Part shown: piece by piece, positions 50,773-64,000 of the stretch | How the letters are laid out: the number at the start of each line of letters is the position of its first letter | Numbering within the stretch: position 1 is the stretch's first letter | DNA from: Haliotis rubra | Taxonomy: Eukaryota | Length of the DNA: 64,000 bases | Assembly (NCBI RefSeq): GCF_003918875.1 | Contig: NW_025765814.1 | Location: 1,116,001-1,180,000, forward strand | Reading direction: 5' to 3' | The notes under the pieces: model-generated | Told to the model about the DNA's origin: nothing | The model's database searches: none | What the model saw: the letters and a program-made list of their open reading frames with translations, nothing else | Translations under genes and position numbers: made by a program

Positions 50773-51864
50773 TTGGAGAGTGTGTAGGGGGTTAATCTTC
50801 AGTGTCAAACCTACAGACTTTAAAAGCTGGTGTACATTTTCTTAATTGCCTGGTCCGTGGTATTATTGTAACAGAACAAGTCCGCCTGATGTGCCTGTGA
50901 GGGATGGTATCCCTGAAAAGCAGCATTTGCCCGAGTAAGGCTGGTACTCGCGCATGCGAAAATAGATATTTATTACCTGAAGGACATACGTAGCAATAGA
51001 AAGTGTGAATAAATATTCAAAACTCCTTACAAAACCATACCTGTTTCAGCTCATGATGATCACAGGAACAGTGAGTGAAACATGTCTTTCAGCAAACCAT
51101 GGCACAAAGTCAACTGTTTGGGTACATAAACTTCAGTGTATGCACAGCAATATGTGATCACAATATTGCCCCCGTGACTCGTTCCAGTTTTACTCCCACC
51201 TGACCTGATGTAAAGTTCCGGGTGAGCTACACAGCTGCACAACCTTGCTTGTCAGCGAGGGCGAACAAAAAGTAGGAAACTGGGTCAAGAACAATCACAT
51301 TTTATTCTTTCTCTGATATCGAATGTCAACACAAGACCTCTCTACATCCACTTAACATCAAACTACTTATTGCAGAGATTCAATAAATATCAGTGTGTAC
51401 ATAATTATGTTGAACGCTTAACCCATTACCGTAAACAATCGGTCAGATATCGGAAATGCCTTGGAATCAGTTGTCCTCTACAGACATGAAGCCTGACAGT
51501 ACGGCGCATTGATGGTAACTGCTTATGCTGGGTACTGTCCCCCAAAGTCTTGCAGCTCATGCGTTCGGCAACATAGTACATAGAACTAAACTGTCGGCAA
51601 AAGCAAGTATACAAGGTGTATGATGGTGGCCAAACAATGAAACTAAACCAGAAATGGTTATTCAGCGGTGATGTATTTCCTTAAGTGTACCATATTTGTT
51701 TTTACCTTATTTTTGCAGTGTTTCAGTGACTGTCTTCAGTACTACGATTTTGATAACGGAACTCCTGTTAATATGATCTCATACAACATACATGGCCGAT
51801 GCCGTTCAGCGCCACTGGAATGAAATTCTTTAACAACGCACTGTTAGTACATACTATCTCATAT

Positions 51865-52292
51865 TAGTGTTGGGAATTGGTTGAAATGTCACAATTGATG
51901 ATTGCTTCATTACCAACGAACAATCATCGAAAAAAATTGGTTAGCGTCATTTTTCAGATTTTCCTACCAAGGTTGTTATTGCAGATATGTATAACATGAT
52001 GCAACTTGCTACTTTAAAGTGCTGAGTAATATATCATGAACATAAACTTTCTGGAGTCTTCAAGAAATATTCAGTCATGACTTTTCAGAAAGTGAAGTGA
52101 GTTTTCTAAGAATTTAACAAGTTTTCAGGCCCTGACCACTTCGAAAATATGTTCCATCGTCAAGTGTTTCAAACACTAAAACAGCAGTTCCAAAATCGTT
52201 TGTGTTCGATTATGAGAAAATGTGATCGATTGCTTGGTCGTTTGGTCACTTCGACCAATCTTCGATTATTTCCATTAATCGGAACACCACTA
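51865..52292. mobile_element. hAT-like MITE
   Basis: Ends TAGTG..CACTA flanked by the 8-bp duplication TCTCATAT. Confidence 0.7.
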
Positions 52293-52831
52293 TCTCATAT
52301 GAGTTAATATTGTACATAAACGCATGGTGTTAAGTTCAAATTGGTAAAGAGGCTTCTGGGTATTCTTGGCTAAACTGGTTGGTAAGGATAATCACACATT
52401 GTTCCATTCATTATCACGACGGTAGGTATTTAGAGGTATGTAGGTATGGTTCCCGAATCCAGGAACAGCGTGTGGCCACGTGATTTAGCAAAATCACCAA
52501 ACTGTATGTAGACACACATTGCACATACCATTGGTCCCGAAATCAGGAACTTAACGTGGACACATGTTGCCCATGTCATAGGTCACGAAATTAGGAATTG
52601 TATTGGACACTTGTTGCACATTTAACTCCAAACGTATGTGGACACAAGATACACGCTTAGGTCTCGAAACTAGGATCAGTATATGAACGCACGTTGCACT
52701 TAAAGGTATTAAGCTTGCACACGTTAGTCCCGAAGTCAAGAACGGTAAGTGGACTACAAGACACAGAATTACAAGAGTCCCGAAATCAAGGAAAGGATAT
52801 GGGCAAATGTTCTGCGTCCTGAAACAGACCC

Positions 52832-54334
52832 TTAGCATGAAGGGATGTAGATTTCAGGTCTTTTGTCAGAGGCCACGAGAGTCTGCATGGATTCCGAGTG
52901 CTCCCGGTTGAGGCCTGGAGGAACCATCTGGAAGCAGGTGGATTGAAGTTGAAGCCGTCTCTGTCTCGACTCCACGTCCCGTAGCAACATGGACATCGAC
53001 TTGCCGTCGACTGTCATGCCACTGCTGGACACGTCGATGTAACCCATCTGGGAGTTGCACGCTTCAGGTTCTGTGGAGAAGAAACTGTTCTGTCTGGTCT
53101 GTGGTCTTGTACTGGGAGTCTTCCGGTCAGGGACGCGGGGTGGGTCATCATCCATTGGATGGAGAATGGCAGTCACCCTCTGGAGGAGGGCTCTTGTCGT
53201 TCGGTCAGATAAAGGCGTTTTCTTTGTCATAAAGGTCTGGAATGTCTTCAGGATGAGTTCGTCGTATATTGGAGAAAGCATGTCGATTTTAGGAAGTTTG
53301 AGAGGGTTGGTCGCGCGTCTTGGCTTTGATGACGTTGTGTCAAGGACCATGTTGGGTTCTAGTTTACTTCTTGTTGGTTCTTTGAGTTGCTCTTGCTGCT
53401 TGGTCGCAGATCCTATAAAGTCTTCGGCACTCTGATCTACCCTTGGAAGCTGGATGTTGCAACCTTTGGCTCCAGAAACATTCTTTGAAAAATGGACTTT
53501 CTTAGAAGAACAACTATCGGGCGAATCTGATCTATTTGTATTACATTTGAGATCTGGAAGTTCAATGTCATAGGCTGAGAAGTGTGGTTTCCCATGGCAC
53601 CCTTGAGACCTATTGAAGCCCTCCGAATCAACCCCAGATGCTTGAGATTTCTCATCATCGTCCAAGAGATTATCACCGTTAACAAACACCGTTTCTTGAG
53701 ATCTAACATCTGATCTCTCAGATAATGAATTGAAAGGAGTAGTGGGTTGCCTCGAAGGCCAAGGACTGATTGACTGAATGGCGTTTGTCTTCATTTGCTC
53801 AACTTTAAGCCCTACCTGCGACCCTAGGGCTTTCACCTGCTTGACGTTAGCGTCGTGCTGACGTTTCTTCTCCCTCCGTCTTGTAAGAAACTGATGACGA
53901 CTTTTCGCCGCATAAGCCTTACGCGATTCTCTCTGACACCTATCAGGATAGTTTTCAGGGAGGCAAGGCATTTTGTCCGCTTTGACGACAAAATAGACAA
54001 CCGGCAGCTGGTACAACGTCTTACTCTTAGACCCAGTGAAGCTAACATGGTGATTGCTGCTTGTTGCTCGAGACTTTTGAAAATTGAAGCTGGCCTTTGA
54101 CGATTCTAATCTTCCACGAGCGGATTTCAGTTTGGATTTGTATGTTTCGTCATCGAGGATAATGGATGGCTTTTCCGCTGAGGCGCCTTCAGAAGGCTGT
54201 GCGCGTCCTTGTCCACAAGTTGTAGGGATATCTGGTTGTCTGTTCGCTTCCATTCCACTTATCACAGGATTTGGTTCGGCTGTCTTGGAGGTGGCCATGC
54301 CATCTTTGCATTGTTCTAAACAAACCGTGTCCAT
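52832..54334 (-). CDS. Uncharacterised ~500-aa hydrophilic protein encoded in one large exon
   Basis: Open frame 54385-52832, non-repetitive and GC-richer than its flanks. Likely acceptor ttgtgtacttgcag ends at 54372; first ATG at 54334. S/K/R/Q/P-rich, no domain recognised. Confidence 0.65.
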   Translation of the reverse strand: MDTVCLEQCKDGMATSKTAEPNPVISGMEANRQPDIPTTCGQGRAQPSEGASAEKPSIILDDETYKSKLKSARGRLESSKASFNFQKSRATSSNHHVSFTGSKSKTLYQLPVVYFVVKADKMPCLPENYPDRCQRESRKAYAAKSRHQFLTRRREKKRQHDANVKQVKALGSQVGLKVEQMKTNAIQSISPWPSRQPTTPFNSLSERSDVRSQETVFVNGDNLLDDDEKSQASGVDSEGFNRSQGCHGKPHFSAYDIELPDLKCNTNRSDSPDSCSSKKVHFSKNVSGAKGCNIQLPRVDQSAEDFIGSATKQQEQLKEPTRSKLEPNMVLDTTSSKPRRATNPLKLPKIDMLSPIYDELILKTFQTFMTKKTPLSDRTTRALLQRVTAILHPMDDDPPRVPDRKTPSTRPQTRQNSFFSTEPEACNSQMGYIDVSSSGMTVDGKSMSMLLRDVESRQRRLQLQSTCFQMVPPGLNREHSESMQTLVASDKRPEIYIPSC

Positions 54335-56775
54335 ATTGTATCCAGTAGAAATCCAGAACAGACCATAATATCTGCAAGTACACAAAATGGCGTATCTAAA
54401 GGGGCATTGTCATTGGCAAATCCAGGCAATAATATTTTTTTATATAGAAATGTAGCTTCTCTGTTTTCATAGTCAAAAGCTACGTAATAAAATGTCAATT
54501 TATTTACTTATTTTATCATATTTTATGCTGCATGAATTCGCTGAGTTTAAATTAATGTAGAATCACATACCTTAGCCTTGTGGTATATAGACTGCCGGGC
54601 AACAAGTTGACAAGAACATACAAGTGTTATCAATCGTTTCTAGGCTTAAACAGTCGCCGGAATAGTGCAAATCGAAGGTCCAAAACATGAATTGACTGAT
54701 ACCCATACGAAATACATCATTATCGAACATCCATTTCCTGTTAGGTTCAGTTTAAACCATGATCCAATATGAATGTAATCTTTGTTGTCACGACGGTTTA
54801 ATATATTGTGTTACTTCTGAAAATTTGCCAAATGTGAAGCCCTACCTAGATTTCAGTATAACATCTTAAATATACCATATACGTGTTGAATAGACAGATT
54901 GATTATTATGATGAAAGCTTGCTCTAACAACAACATCGACCATGACCCATTTGTTTTTTATGTGTTTTTATAGCGCGTTGTTAGTTACTGTAACGATCTG
55001 GACAAAAGTGACAGTATATATGACACATTAGACAGGCGTTCGTATTTTTCACTGTCCTAGTTTTTTGTTCACCCATTAATTTAACCATGCTAGCAACCAC
55101 GAAGATAGAATGTAAACACACACCCTGTCTTCTGGTGTTTTGTCGTGAGGCTTGTTTACGTGTTAAACAATCGCCTAGTGATGTTCGAGTCTCGCCAGAC
55201 GTCCTTCGTGTCAAACGTCCATGTTTTAAGATTGATCATAAGATATCAGATATCACCTTCTATCAATCTCCGAGTCAGACGTATGTCCTGGATATCCACA
55301 CGGTAGATACATGATATCCTTCCAGGAATCCCATGTCAGTATTTATGGATTATCTGCCCGGAGTGAAATTAATGGTGCAGTTAAGAAAACATACTGGTTT
55401 CTGTTACTGAAATTGAATCTCTCTGAATGTTTGTTTATTTACCTCGCTGATCACGTGGCTGTAGATATACTCCATGTGTTTATTGGAAATCGTGTGCTGA
55501 CTAATATGTTTTCATGAGTTATGCTGACAATTTCGTGATATATGTTTAACTGTACGCTCAGTACCGGAGCGTGACTTACATATATTGATTTTCGTTTGAA
55601 AGTATTTTGTCAAATCCGATCTTCATTTACTGCAAATATATTCATGATGAAGATCGAGATGTGTTAACCAAATACACACACTCATTCTAAACTCATTTAA
55701 ACTCTCCCATTGCTCAATACGCAAAGGTTCAATGCTCTTATACTGAGAATGAGTATAGCGTGCCCTGACTCGCAGGAAGGACCATTCCTTGAGAGAATTG
55801 GATCTCCGGTACAAATACCATTTAGGAATAAATATTTTGCAATCCAGTCCCTTGTTAACGTGTAAGCTACGACAAACAAGATTATTTTTGCATAATATTT
55901 GCTTGTATCAATAAAGTAAATTCATTTCGAAGTCAAATCAGTAAAAACTAAAAATGTAATTTATGTATTTGTATGTTGTTATTCAACATAATATATCGCA
56001 TGTCACACAGATGCTGCCAAAAGGGTTGCATGGAAGGCTTGTGGCTTTTACTGGAATGTACTGATTCTGACACTAAAACACATTGTGAAGAGATCCGTGT
56101 ATACAATACCTTAAAAAGAGATAATATATGACCTGTACATACCTAGCACCCTTCCAGCTGTTGTCTTGCCCCCATAGACACCTGTACGAGCAGCTGATAC
56201 TCTGACTAGTGCTAGCCTGTCCTTGCAGTCACGAGAAACCTATGTCGATTACAGGTGAAGCGTTACCAGTCTCTTAATCCCGCTAAGCCAGCATTGTTTC
56301 ACAGGAGCGCTAGCCCATGCTATGAGTATGTTACACCCTAAGATCTTCCACTAGATTTCACCTTTACAATAATCAAAGCGTTTACCTGCGTTCTGGAGCT
56401 ACTCCCCACTTTGCCGTGTTCACATGAGCGACGTAACGTTTCCACCGACTTTGTTGCAAGTCTGCAAGCTTACACCTCTCAACGCTTAGCTACCGACTGT
56501 ACGGGACAAGCCAATTAAAGGGTTAGCAGTAAAACCGTGTCCTAAAATCTCGTCTCTACTGAAATTCAAGGTCAACGGGAAATTTGAACTTTTCTCTTTG
56601 TAGGGAGGGTTTGAATGCGTCATAGAGTTTGTACATGTTCGTGATTTATTGAGAGTGAGTGTATTAATACGCATACAGATAAGGCGCATACACGATGATT
56701 TATGAAATACTGCTTTAAACTGAAAGCTATATACTTACTGTGATTGGTGTGGAAACGAAATATAATAGTTTCAAA

Positions 56776-57490
56776 GTGCTTGTCAAACCATATAGGTAAT
56801 GTGCTTGTTATATCATATATGTAAGGTGCTTGTCAAACCATATATGTAATTTGATTGTCATATCATATATGTAGAGTGCTTGTCAAACTATATAGGTAAT
56901 GTGCTTGTCATATCATATATGTAATGTGCGTGTCATACCATATATGTAATGTGCTTGTCATACCATATATGCAATGTGCTTGTCATATCATATATGTAAG
57001 AGTGCTTGTCAAACCATTTATGTAAGGTGCTTTTCATACGTTATATGTAATGTGCTCCCATACTATATATGTAATGTGCTTGTCATATCATATATGTAAT
57101 GTGCTTGTCATACCATATATGTAATATGTTTGTCATACCATGTATGTAATGTGCGTGTCATACCATATATGTAATAGTGCTTGTCATACCATATATGTAA
57201 TATGTTTGTCATACCATATATGCAATGTGCTTGTCATATCATATATGTAATGCGCTTAATCATACCATATATGCAATGTGCTTGTCATATCATATATGTA
57301 AGATGCTTGTCATATCATATATGTAATGGGCTTGTCATATCATATATGTAATCTGCTTGTCACACAATATATGTAATGTGCTTGTCATATCATATATGTA
57401 ATGTGCTCCCCATACCATATATGTAATGTGCTTGTCATATCATATATGTAATGTGCTTGTCACACCATATATGTAATGTGCTTGTCATGT
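56776..57490. repeat. 25-bp minisatellite (~28 copies)
   Basis: Unit GTGCTTGTCATATCATATATGTAAT. Confidence 0.93.
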
Positions 57491-57524
57491 ACCCTTACTT
57501 GTTTCTACGATATAGCAAAATATA

Positions 57525-59523
57525 TACTAGCCACATAAAGAAAATGTGCATTGTCAAGATATTATCCCAGTTGATAAATTACGATAACAATGTCAAAGGT
57601 ACATATAAACTTTAATGGAGGGATCATGAGACCATAACAAATCAGGAGAATTTCAATTGAAAAGTCAATCACAATGACATCACGAGTCCACAAGCGGGAC
57701 AGGGGTCAAACGACCATGTCACAAGCTCAATAACAGGTATGTCCACCATCGGCATTGAGAACAGCAGTGCATCGACGACGCATAGAGCCTATCAAACGTG
57801 CAAGGAAGGCTTGTGGGATGTCACGCCAGATTCTCTCAAGTTCTGTTGCAAAGGTCAAGGATGTTATCTGGCGGATGAGGAAGACGGCGTAGACGTCGAT
57901 CCATCTCGTCCCAAACATGCTCTATCGGGGAGAGATCCGGTGAATTTGCAGGCCAAGACAGTAAGTCAACGTTGTGGTGTTGCAAAGAAATCCATAGCAA
58001 CCCTTGCCGTATGAGGGCGGGCATTGTCCTGTTGGAATGTTAACCCAGGGCCATGACGTTGTAGAAAGGAATTGCCACAGGTCGAAGAATTTGATCCCTG
58101 TAGCCCACAGCAGTTAAGTTGCCCTGAACAATCACCAAAGGAGTTCTTTGGCGTGCTGTTATTCCACCCCAAATCATCACGGAACCACCACCAAAGCGAT
58201 TCCTCTCCAAGACACGGGCCTGTGCATAACGTTCTCTCGCGCGTCTATAGGCACGTTGACGTCCATCACTATGGGAAATGTTAAACCTGGACTCATCTGT
58301 AAAAACAACATTTCTCCACCAAAACAAAGGGTCTGCGGACATGATTTCGGCACGACATTCGGCGAGGCTTGTCGATGACGTTGTGTCAGGATAGGCCGTA
58401 TGGCGGGACGTCGTGGTCTGATCCCGTGATGACGTAAACGTTGTCGAACTATGTTGGGATGGATACGGCGAAGTCCTGGGATGGTTCGGCAGTCATCACT
58501 ACAGTCTGAAACCTGTGGCGAAGATGGGTCACCCTTATCCATCTGTCCTGTCTTGGCGTTGTTACACGTGGACGTCAGAACGTGGCCGATCGATGACGTC
58601 ATTTGTCTTCTGGTAGCGTCTCACCAGTGCAGAAATGGTGTTCCAGTGGCGGTGGAAATGTGCAGCCACTTGTCGTTGAGACATTCCCCACGGACCATCC
58701 CAATGGCCTAATGACGTTGTGCAGACGCGAGCCTTGGCATGCTATGCGTTTCAATAGCCGTTTATTATAGAGAATACTACACGAGGTCTCATTACATACG
58801 AATTATACGAAACGAGTGTCCTTCCTGTGGTATCTGACCGAGGCGAAGCGAGGTCAGATATATAGGAAGATCACGAAGTTCGTATAATAATATAATAATG
58901 AGACGAGAGTGTATTATTTATTACCCACGTCTTACATGCATTTAAATTGACAAAAAGCGTATTTTTGTTATGTTTTGGTTTCAAACCGAAACCGGTTTCA
59001 TAAAGAGGTTGAGGAAGAGTTTTGTACTGTAGTACAATATTTGCATGACGTCACACTAATGACGTCACTGCCATGGTAACCGACGTCACGATGCATGTCA
59101 GTTGTCATCGCCTCGTACAGCCTCCTACAGTAAACTACTCCGTTGCACCTCGTTTCTTGGTTTCCAGTTGCTTCATTCGGCTAACATCACTGGTGGAAAC
59201 ATTGCGTTTATGTTTTTCGACAGATATAATGTCTCAGTTCGACTCACAATTAAACAGCGACACGGCAACGTTCGCAATGTTTACATTCCCACAATGCATT
59301 TAAGTTGTAGAATGAATGAATTCACGTGTTTGTTATGAATGAAAAAATAGTTACGTCAGAATGTGACCTAATTGAGAGGTCATCGGTTATCCAATCAAAT
59401 CGTTAGAATCTCAGGTCAAGTCGTTACGACACAGGTCAACGCGATACGACACACGTGTGACGTACGAGATTAGTATGCAACTACCCATACGTTGACCACG
59501 TGGGTAATAAATTGTGCCTAGTA
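57525..59523 (-). mobile_element. Decayed Tc1-family transposon (transposase pseudogene 58740-57727) with a palindromic element nested in its 5' end
   Basis: MPRL..AIGM start; VFTDESRF, GGGSVMIWGGI, FQQDNARPH and WPANSPDLSPIEHVWD spread across frames. Short TIR remnants TACTAGCCACA / TGTGCCTAGTA. Confidence 0.85.
58765..59512. mobile_element. Palindromic non-autonomous element (Crypton-like by inference)
   Basis: About 150-nt imperfect hairpin centred on CCGAGGCGAAGCGAGG; inverted repeat ATTTATTACCCACGT (58916-58930) / ACGTGGGTAATAAAT (59498-59512). Confidence 0.6.
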
Positions 59524-59879
59524 TATACACGATCAAATGCGCTGACTGGTAAAACGAACTTTTTTTTCGGTCCCGCCAACTTGTATAGTTTAGTCGGTTA
59601 AATGTGTATATCAGAACTACGGTTATAATAGCTTACTGTATAACTAATTTATCAGTTATAACCGTAGCTTGGAGTTGGTTATAACCGTAGCTTACTGTAT
59701 AAGCACGCTAATTTAGTTGGTTATAACCGTAGTTCGGTCTACGCATTTTCACTGAAATATACAGGAAGTGTCCGGGAAAATCAGTTCGTTGTATCCACCA
59801 GTTTGTTATGAGCTTGTTCGTTGCAATACTCGTTCTCCTTCCCTCCCGTTCACTCACTCTCTTTCCCTACCTCTCTCTG

Positions 59880-60320
59880 CACGTGAAGATCCGGGTAAGA
59901 ATTGATCTTCAGTAACCCAGGGGCGGATGCAGCTTTTGAGTGTGTGTGTGTGGGGTGTGCACTACGCGCGAAAACTATGTGTGTGGGTGCACACTTCATT
60001 TTCGACCGAGTTTCAATGGTCATTGAACAAACTTTCAGGGTAAAAGGTGGTGGTGTGTGTGTGTGTGTGTGCGTGCGTGCGTGCGTGTGCGCACACCCTG
60101 CACAACACACCCTTCTGGGTCCGCCTATGTAACCCATGTTTGTCGTAAGAGGCGACTGACGGACTTTACTGGGTTGACACATGTCATTGTATCCCAATTG
60201 CGTACATCGATGCTCATGCTGTTGATCACTAGATTGTCTGGTTCATAATCGGTTATTTACAGACCGCCGCCATATAACTGGAATTATTGCTGAGTGCGGC
60301 GTAAAACAAAACTCACCCAC
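59880..60320 (+). mobile_element. Retroposon family B copy split by a CAGGGGCGGA-type MITE (59918-60129)
   Basis: SINE sequence CAGTAACC/TAACCCATG is interrupted by an element with ends CAGGGGCGGATGCAG..CTGGGTCCGCCTATG and internal GT microsatellites. Confidence 0.8.
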
Positions 60321-60364
60321 ACCCCTTCTCCCTTTGAGAGTGTGATAATATAATATGTGGTGTA

Positions 60365-61262
60365 CGAGGGTCGGTCAAAAGTAGTCGTCCTAACTATATT
60401 CTCGATGTCAATGTTTGAAAAGCTTCCATTTTAGTTTGTAGGAATCATTAGCAAAGCCGTATAAAAAAATTCACATATGTGGGTAATGTGATTAACGAGA
60501 TATTAGTCATCACAACACATTGGGGTATAATATTTCTAGAAAAAATGCAGAAAATGAAAAACGATCCGTCATTTAGTACCTCTTGGATAATGGTATGCCC
60601 TCAGATAATGTCATATAAAATATGTTAGTATAGTATTGGATGACTTCCCGTCATAATCAAGAGTCAAAGCTTTGGATTGCTTGATTCATATTTAGTCGGG
60701 GGCTGTTTCTTTTAAGGACGCCCCCTTTTAGTCTTTCAAAAACATTGTGTCCAGATATTCAAGCTGGCCCTGTTTACAATATACTGAGAGTTGACACTTG
60801 TGTGACCATTCAGTATTTACTTTGAACCTTTAGCATCATGTGTGAAAAAGTGAAAACATTAGAATAAGTTATGTCCTTATGATTTCGTCGTCTGAAAGGG
60901 GTGGGCAGTGTCTCCAAAACAAGCTGTTTAAGTAAACATGAAGGGAAATCACTTTAACAAGCGATTGTACTTTCAATTTTTTTATGCACTTTAATATCTA
61001 CGTTTGATTCTAGCGGACGTCTACCTATCTCAAACACTGCATATTTTGTTACCTGAAGTTTGTGGTGCATTTATTGCAGATTTTGCGCTTTTGGGAGGTA
61101 CCAAGATAAAATTTCAAACAAAATGGGGATCGTAAAGGCTGGAACGTAGCAAAACCAATTTGCTTGAGGTTGACAGATAATATGTAGAAAAATAAAACAT
61201 AAAAACAGCTGCATTTGTATCATTTTACTAGGTCCAGGCCGACTACTTTTGACTGTCCCTCG
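60365..61262. mobile_element. Decayed mariner-type element
   Basis: TIRs CGAGGGTCGGTCAAAAGTAGTCG / CGACTACTTTTGACTGTCCCTCG with TA flanks. Confidence 0.8.
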
Positions 61263-62361
61263 TATAAATATTCACCTAATCATTGGGTCAGGTAGTGGCA
61301 TTGAAACGTACAAAGGATATAATAGTTATCAACACGAAAATGTCATATTGTCAGCCTGACACTGATGTCCATTCAGGGGATATTTTCGATAGATCTCATT
61401 TCCTCATATCACCACCAATACCGTGATGAAACCGAAAATATAATTCTCAGAATGTTAAAAAGATTATATTATACATGGGTACTGACGTCCACGCACCTTA
61501 CAATTCCTGCAGTTTGATGTCCGCTTGTCGACGGTTGTGTGTGTCCACGTAATCAGGACGTTTTATCTGATGGATGAAAGCACGGAATTCTCCGGGGCAT
61601 AACTGCTATACTTAATTAGCCCTGACAGGAAAACACACACAGGCTAGCTGAGATTCAGTCAGGCTTGGCGCTGTTTCAGTCATAACCGATCATGATCTAT
61701 GGCAGAGCACGCAAGGGAACTTTACATCAATGTTAGGCGATGAAGATTGTGATTGTAATGCTTCGTTATGAGATCCGTGTATTTTCACTTTATTGGGTAT
61801 ATACAATACCTATATATCAATTATTCAGGTAATCACCGGACTTTACCGTAAAAAGATTTTATATCATTATGGCACCTGCTTTTAACAAGCTGCCACTGAC
61901 GTGTGCTAATTAGTGTAGCAACTGTCTGGAATAAACAGTTAACGGACCCTTGGTGGCAGATGTAGAGAGTCACACGTACTGTGGTTTAATATTGGTATAA
62001 ATCATTTCTAATAACGGTAACTATTGACGCCAGACCTTTTCTTTGGACTGTCTCTGAAGGACGAGTAGTGGAGGTTGTTTGTCTCTGCAGATAAGTGGGC
62101 GACGATCATCAATAGCATGAACTGGGCTACATCAGTCTACAAGGAAACGGTGGCGACCATTTACTCATATATCTAACTGAAAGATGTGACGATATGAAGC
62201 CTCTGTTGAATATTACAGGTAGATTATCAGGTTTCTCTTTTCTCACTGCATGGAGGGACTGTTGAATATATGAGGATATCATCGGACTCTTTGATCTAAC
62301 TGCACGAAACACACCGTTTAATATTACCGACAGATAATGAGGCTGTGATCTGACTGCATCA

Positions 62362-63210
62362 AGACACTATTGAATAGTGCCTGGAGATTATATGATTCTG
62401 TGGATAGACTGGATGAATACACTATTGAATAGTGCCTGGAGATTATCTGATTCTGTGGATAGACTGGATGAATACACTATTGAATAGTGCCTGGAGATTA
62501 TCTGATTCTGTGGATAGACTGGATGAAGACACTATTGAATAGTGCCTGGAGATTATCTGATTTTGTGGATAGACTTGATTATTAAATAGTGCCTGGAGAT
62601 TATCTGATTCTGTGGATAGACTTGATGAAGACACTGTTGAATAGTGCCTGGAAATTATCTGATTCTCTGGATAGACTGGATGAAGACACTGCAAATAGTG
62701 CCTGGAAATTATCTGATTTGTGGATAGACTGGATGAAGACACTATTGAATAGTGCCTGGAGATTATCTGATTCTCTGATAGATTGATCTGATGTGGATAG
62801 TGCCTGGATGATTATCTGATTCTATTGAATAGTGCCTGGAGATTATCTGATTTTGTGGATAGACTGGATGAAGACACTATTGAATAGTGCCTGGAGATTA
62901 TCTGATTCTGTGGATAGACTGGATGAATACACTATTGAATAGTGCCTGGAGATTATCTGATTCTGTGGATAGACTGGATGAAGACACTATTGAATAGTGC
63001 CTGGAGATTATCTGATTTTGTGGATAGACTGGATGAAGACACTATTGAATAGTGCCTGGAGATTATCTGATTCTGTGGATAGACTGCATGAAGACACTAT
63101 TAAATAGTGCCTGGAGATTATCTGATTCTGTGGATAGACTGCATGAAGACACTATTGAATAGTGCCTGGATATTATCTGATTCTGTGGATAGACTGCATG
63201 AAGACACTGT
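62362..63210. repeat. 55-bp minisatellite (~15 copies) inside an older degenerate array
   Basis: Unit GACACTATTGAATAGTGCCTGGAGATTATCTGATTCTGTGGATAGACTGGATGAA. Confidence 0.93.
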
Positions 63211-64000
63211 AGGTTATGAGACTCTATAATCTGACCGCAAAACGAAAACTGTTGAAGGATATCGCCTGCAGATAATCAGACAATTGCATGACTGCTCGAA
63301 GACACCGGTTGATTATTACCTGCAGAATGTTAGACTGTATCGTTTGATTACACGAAGACACCTCTAAGTAGACCGATATATGTGAAAAACGTTACAATTT
63401 TACAAAACAATAGTTGTTTTCGAACTGCAAAGGGTTAATCGCCCTATGTCTCATGTGCCACTGTTTATGTTGTCCGTCTACGCGTCTACAGGCCTCGTAC
63501 AGTAATTAGGACCACGCATTTAAGTCCAGATATTTTTTCTCTCTCTAAAATGTCATCTTTGATGTTACTGAAACAAACACTGACAGTCGTAAAGAACGTT
63601 GTCTGTGTCGTCCTCCACGGTCGGCCTAGCGCACAAAAACTGCCGACCAGAAATAGGTGATGCGTGGGTACATTGGTGAAAATATATGGTCAACACGTAC
63701 ATATTCTGGAACAATCCACACTGCTCTTTGATGCCAAGAACGCTGATATAGAGGGGTAGTGTAGTGCGTACTGGGTATAACACCGGGTGGTTTGAAACAG
63801 CAGCATCTGAAGCGCAATACCTTACACGTGTTTTGTTTGTATCTGATATGCAACTTTGCGAGGCGGAACCAATGAAATGGTCGTCATGATATACCAGAGT
63901 GAGAGTTGACCACCTACTTACAGAACATACAAGATAACACTGCTCACAGTGAAGTCATGAGGATGTATGAAGTGGTTCCCTTGGCATGTGAGTATGGCTT

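Noticed and set aside
62362-63210. Hammerhead ribozyme/retrozyme tandem repeat
   Set aside because: CTGGATGAA plus a hairpin is only superficially similar; there is no CTGANGA..GAAA core with three stems.
63565-64000. Possible exons at the window end
   Set aside because: Plausible splice sites exist on both strands, no protein is recognisable, and the window edge truncates the context.

Overview
Eukaryotic, intron-rich animal genomic DNA. The SINE families suggest a gastropod mollusc, possibly abalone (inference). Five spliced genes can be rebuilt exon by exon with GT-AG sites and consistent phases: a C2orf73/CIMIP6-like gene (-) head-to-head with SPATA17 (+), IFT43 (-) head-to-head with TMEM223 (+), and CAMKMT (+). 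There is also a single-exon ~500-aa orphan ORF (-). CIMIP6 and TMEM223 each carry one extra base in a T6 run, probably long-read error. Introns and intergenic DNA are crowded with SINEs (four kinds), MITEs, two decayed Tc1 transposons, LINE and Penelope-like remnants and large minisatellites. The most unusual items are: (1) a complete 423-bp miniature LTR element whose LTRs contain a tRNA-derived Pol III promoter; (2) an abundant retroposon with no tRNA head whose fixed 5' end folds into a covarying pseudoknot, a candidate self-cleaving or recognition RNA; (3) minisatellites grown out of functional motifs, namely a SINE B-box, an RFX X-box, the IFT43 last splice acceptor and the CAMKMT C-terminal codons. 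Gene names come from recalled similarity to vertebrate orthologues; no search was run.
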